This document shows, one piece after another, positions 1 to 10,555 of a stretch of DNA of 64,000 nt (position 1 is its first letter; every line of letters begins with the position of its first letter). The DNA comes from an uncultured Chloroflexia bacterium (GTDB lineage: Bacteria > Chloroflexota > Chloroflexia > QHBQ01 > JADMIH01), in assembly GCA_963797095.1 (NCBI GenBank), contig CAWCNY010000001.1, positions 512,001 to 576,000 on the forward strand, read 5' to 3'. Below the pieces are notes generated by a model. The model saw only the letters and a list, made by a program, of their open reading frames with translations. It was not told the origin of the DNA and did no database searches. The position numbers were made by a program, and so were the translations under genes.

Positions 1-2555
1 GGTGTGCCGGTGGATACGGGGCTGTTGGTTGCGGTTGCCAAAGGCGTACCTGTAGGGGTGCCTGTGGCTGTGCCGGTAGGAGTAATAGTGGGAGTATTGG
101 TCGCCAACGCTGTTGGAGTAGAGCAAGGGCTACTGTAATGTTCGGTCAGCGTGCGGTACACATCATTGTGGAGACCCACCGCCCACACATCGTTGTAGGA
201 GATGGCTGCTACCCCTAGCAGCCAGTTGAGGCCCCCTGTACTCGGGCTGGAAACCACGCTCCATACGCTGCCGTCCCAATGCTCGGTCAGCGTTTGATCC
301 TCCGCAAACTCATCATGGTACTCCCCCCCGGCCCAAATATCGCTGGACGAGAGGGCTGCTACCCCATTCAGGGTGTTGGACTCGCTACCCACATCAGGAC
401 TGGGAACTACATTCCACGTAACGCCGTCCCAGTGCTCGGTCAGCGTATGCTCCAAACGAGTGCCGCCACTGTACTCGACATACTTGCCCACAGCCCATAC
501 ATCATTGGAGGCTATGGCTGTAACGGCATACAGATCGTTGTCGGCTGTGCCCATGTTGGGGACGGCAACCACATCCCACCCGTCTCCGTCCCAGTGCATA
601 GCTAGCGCGTTATCTTTGCTGGTGTGGTAGAGACCTACCGCCCATACATCGTCGGAGGAGGCGGCTGTGACGCCATACAGGTACGTAAAATCACTCGGGT
701 TGGGGCTTGGAATCACACTCCATGCAGTGCCGTCCCAATGCTCGGTTATCGTATGATCGATCTCGTTTACCCCGTCGTAATCCTGGAGGAACCCCACAGC
801 CCACACATCGTTGTGTGAGATTGCGGTCACACCCAGCAGCCGGTTGTTCTGCGGATCAGGGTCGACACTGGGAACCACGCTCCAAGAGATACCGTCCCAA
901 TGTATGGTCATCGTCTCTGAAGGATCGTCCAAATCGGGACCTTTGTAGTAGCCCACGGCCCACACATCGTCGGAGGAGATGGCTGCTGCGCCCTGCAGGA
1001 AGTTGAGGTAGGTAGTCAGGTTAGGGCTGGGAACCACGTTCCATGCAGTGCCATCCCACTGTTCGGTCAACGTCTGAAACCCCACCGTGTTATCGCCGTA
1101 GTAGCCCACGGCCCAGATATCGTCGGAGGAGATCGCAGCCAGGGCACGCAGTTCGTTGTCGTACGAACCCACGCTGGGGCTATCCACCACAGCCCACCGC
1201 GGGACGCACTCGGTGGGCACTGGCGTGGGAGTGATTACCGTCGTGGGGGTCGCGGTAGCGGTTCTCGTGGGCAAGGGTGTGCCGGGCGTGGGAGTATCTG
1301 TAGCCGAACACGGCTCATATCGTACCACGAGGGTTTGTTGGTCCCCACCACTACTGTAACCACCCACAGCCCACGCCTCGCTTGCGGATAGCACGGCTAC
1401 CCCGTACAGATCGTTGTCGGTTGACCCCACCGCGGAACTGGAGCTTGCGCTCCAGGCGCTGCCGTTCCAGTGCAGCACGAGGGCCTGGTTATTGGAAGAG
1501 TTATCCTCATAATTCCCTACGGCCCACACGTCGTTCGCTGATGCTACTGCCACCGCCCTGAGTATGTGAGATATGCCTGGATTGGGGCTGGGGATAACAC
1601 TCCAGGCGCTACCGTTCCAGTGCAGAATCAGCGTCTGGCCGAGGGCACCGGCGTAGTAGAATCCCACCGCCCATATGTCGTCTGTGGAAACCGCGTCTAC
1701 GCTGAAGAGGAGGTTGGTCTCGGTGCCGACGCTGGGGCTGGGCACGATGCTCCACGCCGTGCCGTCCCAGTGCATGGTCAGTGTTCGGTCGTCGGTCGAG
1801 GAATTGCTTTCGAGCCCGACTACCCACACGTCATCGGAGGAGATGGCTGTTACCCCTCTGAGAAGGCTGTTAGTTGTGCCTGGATTGGGGCTTGGAATGA
1901 TGCTCCAGGCGCTGCCGTCCCAGTGCATGGTCAGTGTTTGGCCGTGACCATTCTGCACATAGTAACCCACCGCCCACACATCATCAGTGGACACTGCCGC
2001 TACTGTGCTCAGGAAGTTGAAGCTTGATCCCACACCGGGGTTGGGGACGATGCTCCAGGCGCTGCCGTCCCAGTGCAGTATGAGGGTCTCGGATGAGCTG
2101 GTGCCGACCCCATAGTAACCCACCGCCCACACGTCGTCTGCAGATACCGCTACTACCCCGTTGAGATAGTTGTTGCCGCTCCCCACATTGGGGCTGGGAA
2201 CCACGCTCCACGAGCTACCGTGCCAGTGCAGAACAAGCGTTTGATCGAGGGAAGAATTCTCGTAGTAACCCACAGCCCAAGCATCATCAGCCGATACCGC
2301 AGCTACTCCACTCAAAGTGGCGACGCCGGTACCTGGATCGGGGCTTGGTACCGGGATCCAATCGGGATTACAGGTGGGTATATCGGCGTGTGGTTTAGGA
2401 GCACCAATCGCTGATGCTTCTGCGAGAAGCGATGGTGGCACAGCAGCCTGGACCGCGCCGGCGGTCAAGATGGCTGCAACCATCAAAAAGAAAAGGAGAG
2501 ATGCCGATAGAATGCCTGGAACCTGCCCTCCGAGGTGTTGTCTGGTATTATCCAT
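1..2555 (-). CDS. Large secreted/cell-surface repeat protein (beta-propeller-like WAVG/HWDG repeats with Pro/Thr-rich linkers); 3' end runs off the window
   Basis: Missing from the ORF track because there is no stop in the window. ATG at 2555 follows a GAGAGGAG RBS and gives MDNTRQHLGGQVPGILSASLLFFLMVAAILTAGAVQA (signal peptide-like). It continues into many repeats like 'GVAAVSADDAWAVG..TLILHWDGSAWSIVPSPN', with PT-rich linkers near 1210-1310 and 1-120. Both ends of the stretch are in the same frame. Confidence 0.85.
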   Translation of the reverse strand, partial: MDNTRQHLGGQVPGILSASLLFFLMVAAILTAGAVQAAVPPSLLAEASAIGAPKPHADIPTCNPDWIPVPSPDPGTGVATLSGVAAVSADDAWAVGYYENSSLDQTLVLHWHGSSWSVVPSPNVGSGNNYLNGVVAVSADDVWAVGYYGVGTSSSETLILHWDGSAWSIVPNPGVGSSFNFLSTVAAVSTDDVWAVGYYVQNGHGQTLTMHWDGSAWSIIPSPNPGTTNSLLRGVTAISSDDVWVVGLESNSSTDDRTLTMHWDGTAWSIVPSPSVGTETNLLFSVDAVSTDDIWAVGFYYAGALGQTLILHWNGSAWSVIPSPNPGISHILRAVAVASANDVWAVGNYEDNSSNNQALVLHWNGSAWSASSSSAVGSTDNDLYGVAVLSASEAWAVGGYSSGGDQQTLVVRYEPCSATDTPTPGTPLPTRTATATPTTVITPTPVPTECVPRWAVVDSPSVGSYDNELRALAAISSDDIWAVGYYGDNTVGFQTLTEQWDGTAWNVVPSPNLTTYLNFLQGAAAISSDDVWAVGYYKGPDLDDPSETMTIHWDGISWSVVPSVDPDPQNNRLLGVTAISHNDVWAVGFLQDYDGVNEIDHTITEHWDGTAWSVIPSPNPSDFTYLYGVTAASSDDVWAVGLYHTSKDNALAMHWDGDGWDVVAVPNMGTADNDLYAVTAIASNDVWAVGKYVEYSGGTRLEHTLTEHWDGVTWNVVPSPDVGSESNTLNGVAALSSSDIWAGGEYHDEFAEDQTLTEHWDGSVWSVVSSPSTGGLNWLLGVAAISYNDVWAVGLHNDVYRTLTEHYSSPCSTPTALATNTPTITPTGTATGTPTGTPLATATNSPVSTGT

Positions 2556-2987
2556 ACTGGTACGACGCTCCTCTCTTGCTGGGTGCAAAACGATGGATGA
2601 TGCGCAGCCCTCTTTTCGGGCATGGAATTAGTTCGAAGTCTCGTTCGGCGCATCATTTCGGGTATGAAAGCAGGTAGGATAAATATCGATCGATGTTGCC
2701 AACTTAGCACACTTTAGTGACAAAAGCAGGCCGAATAATTACAGGAAGCTTACATCTTGGCACTTCCAGACTTGTAAAGTTGGGAATTAAATGGGTAACC
2801 CATCACACGCTCCTGCACAAGGTCTGGGGGCCGGAATACGTCAGCGAAAGCCAATCGCCGCGGGTGTAACACAGGCCACCTCCGAGCCAGGGTTGAGGAG
2901 CGCCCCGAGCGGCCAACGTACATTGTGACCGGGCCAGGCGTCGGCTACCGGTTTCGGGACAGTGTTTGATAAGGAAACGCCAATACA

Positions 2988-3845
2988 ATGCTGCACATGA
3001 ATAGCATCACCCAGGTGGAGAAGGGAACGATCGAATACCGCGTCATCGGCAAAGGATCGGCGGGATCGGCTGCGCTCGTGCTCAATGGAGGACATACCAA
3101 TTGCAACTCCCCCTTTGGACATGAGCAGTTCTTCCTGGAAGAGGGGTATCGGCTTATCATTCCCTCAAGACCTGGCTACGGAAAGACGCCGTCTGGCACA
3201 GGCAGAACAGCTGAAGCATGTGCTGATGCGCTCGTCGGTCTTCTGGACCACCTGCACCTTGAGCAGGTCATCGTAGTTGGGATTTCGGGAGCCGGGCCGA
3301 CCGCCTTGCAGTTAGCGGGTCGTCACCCCGAACGGGTAAATAAGCTCATCCTGCAAAACGCCGTTACTGCCGGACGATTTCCCGCTCCCATGGTTCGGCT
3401 AGGCGCCTATCTCATATTCAACCGGTGGGTAGAACGATGGACCTGGGCGGCATTTCGTGCGTTCGCACGAGTTGCACCGGCGAACGCGTTGCAACTGATG
3501 ATGGGAAGTCTTACCTCGCTAGATCCTGCTCAAGTGGTCGCTGCAATGAGCCAACAACAGAGACAGGCGGCACTTGCTCTGGTGGTGGCTTCGCGGTCAG
3601 GACCAGGAAATGGATTTCTGCATGACTTACACCACCATTGTGGCGACCTTCGGCGCATCACAGCTCCGACCCTGGTGATCAGGAGCAAATACGACGGGTC
3701 GATGAGCGCATCTCATGCGATGTATGCGGCAGACCATATTCCCAGTGCAAAACTCTTTGTCTCTCCGGCAGAGAGCCATCTGCTGTGGTTCAGCGAGCAT
3801 AACGCCGCCGTCGAAGAGAGAATGCGCGCGTTCTTACAAGGTTAG
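2988..3845 (+). CDS. Alpha/beta fold hydrolase
   Basis: GISGAG nucleophile elbow (GxSxG-like), RPGYG motif, and C-terminal Asp and His candidates (SKYD, ESH). Confidence 0.88.
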   Translation: MLHMNSITQVEKGTIEYRVIGKGSAGSAALVLNGGHTNCNSPFGHEQFFLEEGYRLIIPSRPGYGKTPSGTGRTAEACADALVGLLDHLHLEQVIVVGISGAGPTALQLAGRHPERVNKLILQNAVTAGRFPAPMVRLGAYLIFNRWVERWTWAAFRAFARVAPANALQLMMGSLTSLDPAQVVAAMSQQQRQAALALVVASRSGPGNGFLHDLHHHCGDLRRITAPTLVIRSKYDGSMSASHAMYAADHIPSAKLFVSPAESHLLWFSEHNAAVEERMRAFLQG

Positions 3846-3851
3846 TACGGT

Positions 3852-3885
3852 AGGCCACCGCCCGCAGCCTGCTGCGGTGGGCCTC
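3852..3885 (+). terminator. GC-rich hairpin after the hydrolase gene (possible terminator)
   Basis: AGGCCACCGC...GCGGTGGGCCT imperfect inverted repeat just after the stop; no U-tract. Confidence 0.35.
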
Positions 3886-3980
3886 AAATTGGGCCGCCAG
3901 CCATTCCTGCCGGCCGCCGCTCCGGTCAGTCCGGCCCACAATCTCTCCCATCAGTTACATCCTTGCCTTTCCTTCTTACC

Positions 3981-4019
3981 TTACCCTGTCACATTACCCT
4001 GTCACATTACCCTGTCACA
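3981..4019. repeat. 3 x 13-bp tandem repeat TTACCCTGTCACA
   Basis: Three exact consecutive copies read directly from the sequence. Confidence 0.9.
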
Positions 4020-4259
4020 TTTGCTCTGCGCGTTCTGTCATTATATTGACGTGCCAAACCCGGCCGGTGTGACATTGTAACGTAACATCGGGACATGTGA
4101 CCGGGAGCCTCTAGAGATTGTTATGAGCTTGCTCGCTGACAGCTGTGGGGCGTTGAGAACCAGGGAGCAGGCAGTAGAGGCACATGCACCCCTGATGACC
4201 GAAAAGGAGGTTGAAACCATGAGAACCGAACACACCCAGAACAGGGTGCGCGCCATCGT

Positions 4260-5805
4260 TTAGGCGACTTTTCTGAGAGGGCGAGTTTTGGGCCAGCATT
4301 GCTCCCACCTCTCACTGAGCAGTTCGGCTCTCAGTGTCAGCACCCCTTGTGCTCCTGGTTTGCTCCAACACATGCCTGCTCCCTTGAGACGGGCACCAAT
4401 CAGCCGCTTGCATGCACTCTCCACCGTGCCTGAACCAACTGGGAAGCCCAATGCCCGGTACTCGGAGTAGCGCATCCTCTCTTTGTTCGTCTGGAAGTAA
4501 TGAATCTGCTCTCGTGCCGCTTCTCCCGCCTCCCCTTCACGTTTGCTCTCTCTGTGTAGAGCCACAATGACTGCTTCTACCCTTCCCTCCCATAATTCCT
4601 TCTCCCAACGCTTCACCCATCTTGCGGCGTCTGGTGTGCCCTGCCCGAAGATACCATTACCTGCTTGCCACAGGTGCTCCATGGCGTGATACCAGTCGAG
4701 TACCTCTACCCTGTTGGCAAAGTGCTCATCGAACTGTATCCAGTTGGTGGGTGCCCCATCTCCCAGACATACAACCTGCTCCTCAGGACCTATCCCTCTC
4801 CTCCATGCTTCAGCACTCAACCGCTTTCCTGCCCGCTCCATCGAGCCGACCTCCGCCACATAGCTCTGATGGGTGGCTCTTGCCCCCTCTATCTCTCCTG
4901 CTTCGTTGTATGCAGGCTCGGCCCAAAACACCACTCCCGCTTTAGCGTCATGCCACCCATCTTCGTAGCGCACCTTGCCAGCGTCCAGCGTCGCCGCCCA
5001 TGTGCCCAAGCCCAATGCTCCATCTGCAACCTTTGAACCTTTCTGAGAGGTGGGACTTGCCCCTAGCGTTTGATCTTCTGCTTGCAAGCTCTCCTCTCCT
5101 CTTGCAAGCTCTCCTCTTGCAAGCTCTCCTCTTGCAAGCTCTCCTCTTGCAAGCTCTCCTCTCCTCTTGCAAGCTCTCCTCTTGCAAGCTCTCCTCTTGC
5201 AAGCTCTCCTCTCCTCTTGCAAGCTCTCCTCTAATGTAAGCCCCCTCCTCTAATGTAAGCCCCCTCTGTTCAGTCATGCGCTCGGCTTCTCTTGGAGAGA
5301 CCGACATGCCAGTGAGTACCTCCACTGCATGTGCAGCCTGCTCGAAAGGCATCTGCACACCCAGCAGGCACACTCCTTGTTGCACTCCGTCCGAGAAGTG
5401 TTCCCGTGCGGGTATGCCTAGAGCCTCATCCAGCGGGTAGCGTCCGGTGCCACACCCTTTACAGTAGAAGTAACCTCTCTCCAATGTGACCGTGCCTACC
5501 CATGTTTGCACAGTGCGCCGCTGCTTACCCTTGTACTGGGGTGTCTGCCCGCAGTCACACTGCTTGTGCCCAAGCAGCCATTCTTCCTCTATCATGGCAC
5601 GATGCAGTTGGGCTGCGGCTTCTAAGGCTGAGGCGAAACAGTCCGAGCGCAGTTGACGTGCTCTTTCTTCGAGACTGCTCAAAGTAGCATCCGGGTTGCG
5701 TTGAGCATATATCCAAAGTTGTTTGACGAGCCCCTCAAATTCCTTCACAATACTAGTGAGGGCAGGTGACAGGTCGCAAACGGCCTGAAACTCGCTACTC
5801 TGCAT
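4260..5805 (-). pseudogene. ISKra4-like transposase, frameshifted by internal tandem duplications
   Basis: N-terminal part (from 5805) has CxC/CxxC and RYPLDEALG. C-terminal part has GDGA, LDWYHA and GSGTVESACK...RLKGAGMCW. The two parts are in different frames across the repeat block at 5081-5266. Confidence 0.85.
5081..5266. repeat. 9 x 15-bp tandem repeat CTTGCAAGCTCTCCT (with three extra CTCCT 5-mers) plus a 19-bp duplication CTAATGTAAGCCCCCTCCT
   Basis: Units start at 5081, 5101, 5116, 5131, 5146, 5166, 5181, 5196 and 5216; the 19-bp duplication starts at 5231. Confidence 0.9.
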
Positions 5806-5893
5806 GATACCCTCCAGGATTTCGGCCTTAGCCGGGATGTCTTCACCTAGAGGGTATCATTTTTCTTTCCTTCCTAAAAGATGGCGCGCACCC

Positions 5894-6882
5894 CCCCTCG
5901 TATCTCCCGTTGGGAGAAGCTTGGTCTGGCAGTCCTTGCTGCTAGGCTCACCGCCATTGGACATGAGGGCCGCGCCCGCTTGAGCAAGGTGTCCCTCCTT
6001 TTCAAGCCTGATACCTTGCTCCGTTGGCACCGCCAGTTGGTCCGGCGCAAGTGGACTTTCAAACGGCAATCCTTGCTCCCTCGTCGCGCATCGGATCCAG
6101 AGTTGGTCAACTTGCTCCTACGCTTGGCTAGGGAAAACCCGAGTTGGGGTTATAGCAAGTTGCATGGCGAACTGATCAAGTTGGGCTACCAGATTGGGCG
6201 CTCCACTGTCAGGGACATTCTGAAACGCCAGCATATGCCTCCTGCTCCTGAGCGAGCGAGGAAAGGGAGCAGTTGGCGGCAGTTCCTGAGCCATTATCGG
6301 GGGCAATTCGTCGCGTGCGACTTCTTCACGGTTGAGACAGCCTGGCTCAAGACACTCTACGTACTATTCTTCATCGAACTCGGTAGTCGGCGCGTTCATT
6401 TTGCCGGTTGCACTCCTCATCCGACAGGGAAGTGGGTGGCCCAACAAGCACGGCAATTGACTTGGAAGCTTGAGGACGAAAGGGAAGAGGGGGGTGAGCT
6501 ATTACAGGCGTTACACATCCGGTTCCTGATCCATGACCGCGATGCGAAATTCACGGAGGGCTTCGACGCTGTGTTTGAGGCTGAAGGGATAGAAATAATC
6601 CAGACACCCTATCGAGCACCACGAGCCAACGCATTTGCTGAACGCTGGATCCGCTCAGCAAGAGAGGAGTGCCTCGACCGCCTATTGATCGTGAGTGAAG
6701 CACATCTGAGACATGTAATGAAGGAATACGTGGACTATTACAACCAAGCGCGTCCACACCAGGGTATCGAGCAGCGCTGCCCTATTCCAATACCAATGGA
6801 GCAAGCCCATAAAGAAGGCCCGGTGAAATGCCGTGACGTGCTGAGTGGTATCATCCACAACTATTATCGGGAGGCCGCCTGA
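5894..6882 (+). pseudogene. Integrase core (rve, IS481-like DDE) transposase, C-terminal part; its N-terminus lies inverted at 7562-7711
   Basis: KPDTLLRWHR, ENPSWGY, ACDFF, LIHDRDAKF, NAFAERW, YYNQARPHQG. The ATG at 5881 in the track lies inside the ISKra4 inverted repeat. Confidence 0.85.
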
Positions 6883-6919
6883 CCCAAGTTGAGCACAGAT
6901 GACCTGCCCGCACACTACA

Positions 6920-7560
6920 GGCAAGAGCCACCCATCAGAGCTATGTGGCGGAGGTCGGCTCGATGGAGCGGGCAGGAAAGCGGTTGAGTGCTGAAGCATG
7001 GAGGAGAGGGATAGGCCCTGAGGAGCAGGTTGTATGTCTGGGAGATGGGGCACCCACCAACTGGATACAGTTCGATGAGCACTTTGCCAACAGGGTAGAG
7101 GTACTCGACTGGTATCACGCCATGGAGCACCTGTGGCAAGCAGGTAATGGTATCTTCGGGCAGGGCACACCAGACGCCGCAAGATGGGTGAAGCGTTGGG
7201 AGAAGGAATTATGGGAGGGAAGGGTAGAAGCAGTCATTGTGGCTCTACACAGAGAGAGCAAACGTGAAGGGGAGGCGGGAGAAGCGGCACGAGAGCAGAT
7301 TCATTACTTCCAGACGAACAAAGAGAGGATGCGCTACTCCGAGTACCGGGCATTGGGCTTCCCAGTTGGTTCAGGCACGGTGGAGAGTGCATGCAAGCGG
7401 CTGATTGGTGCCCGTCTCAAGGGAGCAGGCATGTGTTGGAGCAAACCAGGAGCACAAGGGGTGCTGACACTGAGAGCCGAACTGCTCAGTGAGAGGTGGG
7501 AGCAATGCTGGCCCAAAACTCGCCCTCTCAGAAAAGTCGCCTAAACGATGGCGCGCACCC
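6920..7560 (+). mobile_element. ISKra4-like element copy 2, 5'-truncated and inverted relative to copy 1
   Basis: Near-identical to the reverse complement of about 4244-4884 (one visible SNP). Ends in the IR GATGGCGCGCACCC at 7560. The 199-aa ORF is identical to the C-terminus of copy 1. Confidence 0.9.
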
Positions 7561-7561
7561 C

Positions 7562-7711
7562 ACGAGGGGTGGCAGGTTGACGGCGTTGAAGGATCCGCAA
7601 TTGTTGACGCAGAAGCAGGATCTGGAGATCTTTGTGGCGCTCAGAGCAGCGGCTGACAGTGAACAGGTCAAGGAACATCGAAACGAGTTGAGCGATTAGC
7701 ATGAAAATCAT
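7562..7711 (-). pseudogene. N-terminal 50 codons of the integrase-core transposase
   Basis: MIFMLIAQLVSMFLDLFTVSRCSERHKDLQILLLRQQLRILQRRQPATPR joins in frame to PRISRWEK after 5894 through the shared CCCCTCGT. Confidence 0.85.
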
Positions 7712-7823
7712 ACTAAAGCATACTGTAGGAAGTACAGAAGTCCTGTCGACCTCTGAGCCACGCAGCCTTCAGCTATGGATCTGAGCGGGTTGCAGAGCCC
7801 GGACGCCAAAACCGCACACTACA

Positions 7824-8923
7824 GGGTGAGCACAGCGACGTTGTCTGCGCAGGTAGCACGGGTAGCTGATAGGGCAGAGAGCGAGCTAGGCGAGGAGCAG
7901 CCGATGTTCGTCGAAGGGTGCCCAGCCATGTGGGCTGCCTTGCCGGAACCAGATGCACCGATCACGGTCGGACTGGATGGCGGATACGTGCATGCACGCG
8001 AAGGCAAGAACCGCAAAGCCGGTTGCTTCGAGGTGATCGTGGGCAAGAGCATGCCTGGGGACGCAGAGGGGCCAAATCGTCGTTTTGGGTACGTGAATGG
8101 TGAAGACAGGAAACCGAAGCGGCGTTTGTATGAGTTGTTGAAGGCGCAAGGCATGCAAGAGAACCAGCAAATGATCTTTATCTCGGACGGAGGGGACACG
8201 GTTCGTGACTTACCGATGTATCTGAACCCACACTCTGAGCACCTACTTGACTGGTTTCATGTCGCGATGCGCATAACGGTGCTCGGGCAGTTGGCGAAGG
8301 GCATTCCTAAACACGTTCCTGAACAGCCTCCCAAGCACATTTCCAAGGGCGTACCCTATAAGCAGAAGGAGCCATGCAACAGGGCAGCCTGGGATGCTCA
8401 GGATGAAGACGAAGAGGAAGGTGCAGGTCGGACGCCACAGGAATTGACCGAGCAGTTGGAAAGGGTGAAATGGTACTTGTGGCATGGGAACGTGTTCATG
8501 GCATTGCAGTTGATAGAAGAGTTGGAAGAAGATGCCGAGGTGTTGGCGGACAGGAGTGTAACAAGGGTAGCAGGGAAGAAGCTGGCGAAAGCAGTGAGTG
8601 AATTCTGGGGCTACATCAGTGCCAACCGGGCATTCATTGTGAATTACGGTGATCGCTACCGAAATGGAGAGAGGATCTCATCAGCCTTCGTAGAGTCGAC
8701 GGTCAACGAGGTGATAAGCACACGATTTGAGAAGAAGCAATCGATGAGGTGGACGAAGCGGGGAGCTCACGACCTGTTGCAAGTACGGGTGCGAGTGCTG
8801 GACGGTGAATGGAGGCGAAGCTATGAGCGATGGTATCCAAGCATGAGGGAGGCGAGCCAGGTGGTAGAGGAGCAGCGCGCCGCATGATCGCCTGCACGAC
8901 CTGCCCCCGATTTTGAATGGGTT
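7824..8923 (+). mobile_element. ISKra4-family (ISAzba1-like) transposase, 5'-truncated, with its right end
   Basis: VGLDGGYV, ISDGGD, LDWFHVAMR, ISSAFVESTVN, MRWTKRGA. A probable terminal IR CCCCCGATTTTGAATGGGTTCC follows the stop. The 5' end is cut by the end of the integrase element at 7823. Confidence 0.8.
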
Positions 8924-9025
8924 CCAGATAGTTGGACAGATGCCATCCAGGCTCACTTTCAGGTGGTGAATGGTAGTCCTTTCAGGCGTTGGCTCGTGCG
9001 TTGGCTCGGGTGTCTTCTTAGGCAT
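8924..9025 (-). pseudogene. Plasmid pRiA4b ORF-3-like protein, N-terminal fragment cut by an IS
   Basis: IHHLKVSLDGICPTIW resembles the family start motif (xYQLKxxLxxxxPPIWRR). The frame then runs into the IS end. Confidence 0.6.
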
Positions 9026-9067
9026 TAATCCCCTATCCCCCCTACCTTGTGGAGTTCAGCTTTCGCT

Positions 9068-10300
9068 CTAGTCCTCGGAAGGTGTCTCTGGTCTTTCCCC
9101 CTCTCCGTCTGCCTCTCCCCGTTCCATTTCCCCTCCAAGCTCAGACTCAAGCTCCTCCAGTTCCGCCACTGTGGGGAGGCTACTGCTCAGTGGGGCGGGC
9201 AGTTCGGGTAGGAGATTGAGCAAGTACTCGGACACGCTAATGGGTTTAGTCATGTCCCTCAGTGCGTATTCGACGATGAGACGATCGCGACTCTTGCACA
9301 GAATGATACCGATGCTGGGTCCATCGGTTGGGTTGCGGAGTTGGTCGTCCACCGCCGACAGGTAGAAGTTCATCTTTCCGGCGTACTCAGGCTCGAACTC
9401 CCCCGGCTTCAGTTCTATTACGACAAAGCAGCGCAGGTGCAGGTGATAGAAAAGGATGTCCAGCCTATACTCACGGCCCTGGACCTCGAGCGGATACTCG
9501 CTGCCCACATAAGCGAACCCCTTGCCCAGTTCCAGCAAGAATTCGCGGATGTGAGCGATCAGTCCACGGTGCAATTCACGCTCCTGCGCCCGTTGGGTCA
9601 GGGTCAGGAAGTCAAAGTTGTAGGGGTCTTTGAGAAGCTGGCGTGTCAGATCGGAGTCAGGCGGCGGCAACACAGAGGCGAAGTTGTCGAGGGCTTTGCC
9701 CTGGCGGTGGTAGAGTCCGCTCTCTATTTGATGCATCAGTATATTGCGGCTCCAACCATTCTCGATAGTCTTGCGGATGTACCAGGCTCGCTCGGCCGGG
9801 TCTTTGACGGCGTCGAGTAAGGAGACATTGTGGCCCCAGGGAATTTGTGCAACGGCCTCTTGCACAAATGCCTCATCCGGGTAGGCATCGGCCAGAGCGC
9901 GCATGTAGTGAAGGTTGCGGCGCGAAAAGCCACTCATTCCGGGGAAAGATCGGCGTAGATCTGCGGCCAGCTGATCGATCACCTTGCCGCCCCAACCTCG
10001 TTCCTGCTGCCGGTGAAGAACATCGCGCCCTATATGCCAGTAAAGGAGCACCAGTTCACGATTTACGGAAAGCGCCGCCCGAATCTGCGCCTCCTGAATC
10101 CGTTGCTTGATCTCGACCAGGAACTCCTGATAGCCGCTGGCCGCTAGCTCTTTCTCTAGCTTTCTCTCCATCTCTGGCACATTCGCCGCCATCAGGGACA
10201 GATTGTTTTCTCTGTCTTTCCTGTCTTCTCTGCGCTTGCTCCTTGCCTCATGCCTGAGATTGGGATTGGGTTCGGGCTTGGAGTTGCCGTCGGGCATCAT
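9068..10300 (-). CDS. yhcG: YhcG/DUF1016 family PD-(D/E)XK nuclease-domain protein
   Basis: VNRELVLLYWHIG, GFSRRNLHYMR, KDPYNFDFL, FLLELGKGFAYVG, DILFYH..LRCFVVIELK, GKMNFYL. Confidence 0.93.
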   Translation of the reverse strand: MMPDGNSKPEPNPNLRHEARSKRREDRKDRENNLSLMAANVPEMERKLEKELAASGYQEFLVEIKQRIQEAQIRAALSVNRELVLLYWHIGRDVLHRQQERGWGGKVIDQLAADLRRSFPGMSGFSRRNLHYMRALADAYPDEAFVQEAVAQIPWGHNVSLLDAVKDPAERAWYIRKTIENGWSRNILMHQIESGLYHRQGKALDNFASVLPPPDSDLTRQLLKDPYNFDFLTLTQRAQERELHRGLIAHIREFLLELGKGFAYVGSEYPLEVQGREYRLDILFYHLHLRCFVVIELKPGEFEPEYAGKMNFYLSAVDDQLRNPTDGPSIGIILCKSRDRLIVEYALRDMTKPISVSEYLLNLLPELPAPLSSSLPTVAELEELESELGGEMERGEADGEGERPETPSED

Positions 10301-10555
10301 TATCTTCCCTCTTTCTCTGCTGTCTATCTATCTCGGCAGGATTACAGTATATCGCAGGTTTGGACAGAGCCAGGGCATAATACCCAACGCACAGGATACC
10401 AGGATAGACCTGCGAGCGAAAGGAGACCCACCTCACATGAACTCGTGGGGTGGGAGGCGCGCTTCAGGAGAGCTTTGCCGTTTCGAGCTAGAGATCTCGC
10501 CGGATACCTCAGACCCTTATGTCTTCTCCATCGTCGTACATTACCTAACTTCGCC

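Larger units (their letters stand above)
4244..5893 (-). mobile_element. ISKra4/ISLre2-like (mutator-type) insertion sequence, copy 1
   Basis: Terminal inverted repeats GGGTGCGCGCCATC (4244-4257) and GATGGCGCGCACCC (5880-5893) enclose a transposase. Confidence 0.85.

Noticed and set aside
279-2414. Many plus-strand ORFs with repeated AVPV/PHIV motifs
   Set aside because: They are antisense shadows of the repeat-rich minus-strand surface protein.
5081-5230. Repeat array as a possible CRISPR
   Set aside because: The units are contiguous 15-mers with no unique spacers, lie inside a transposase, and no cas genes are present.
7775-7823. Track start of the 370-aa transposase ORF
   Set aside because: These codons come from the end of the integrase element; the genuine transposase sequence begins at about 7824.
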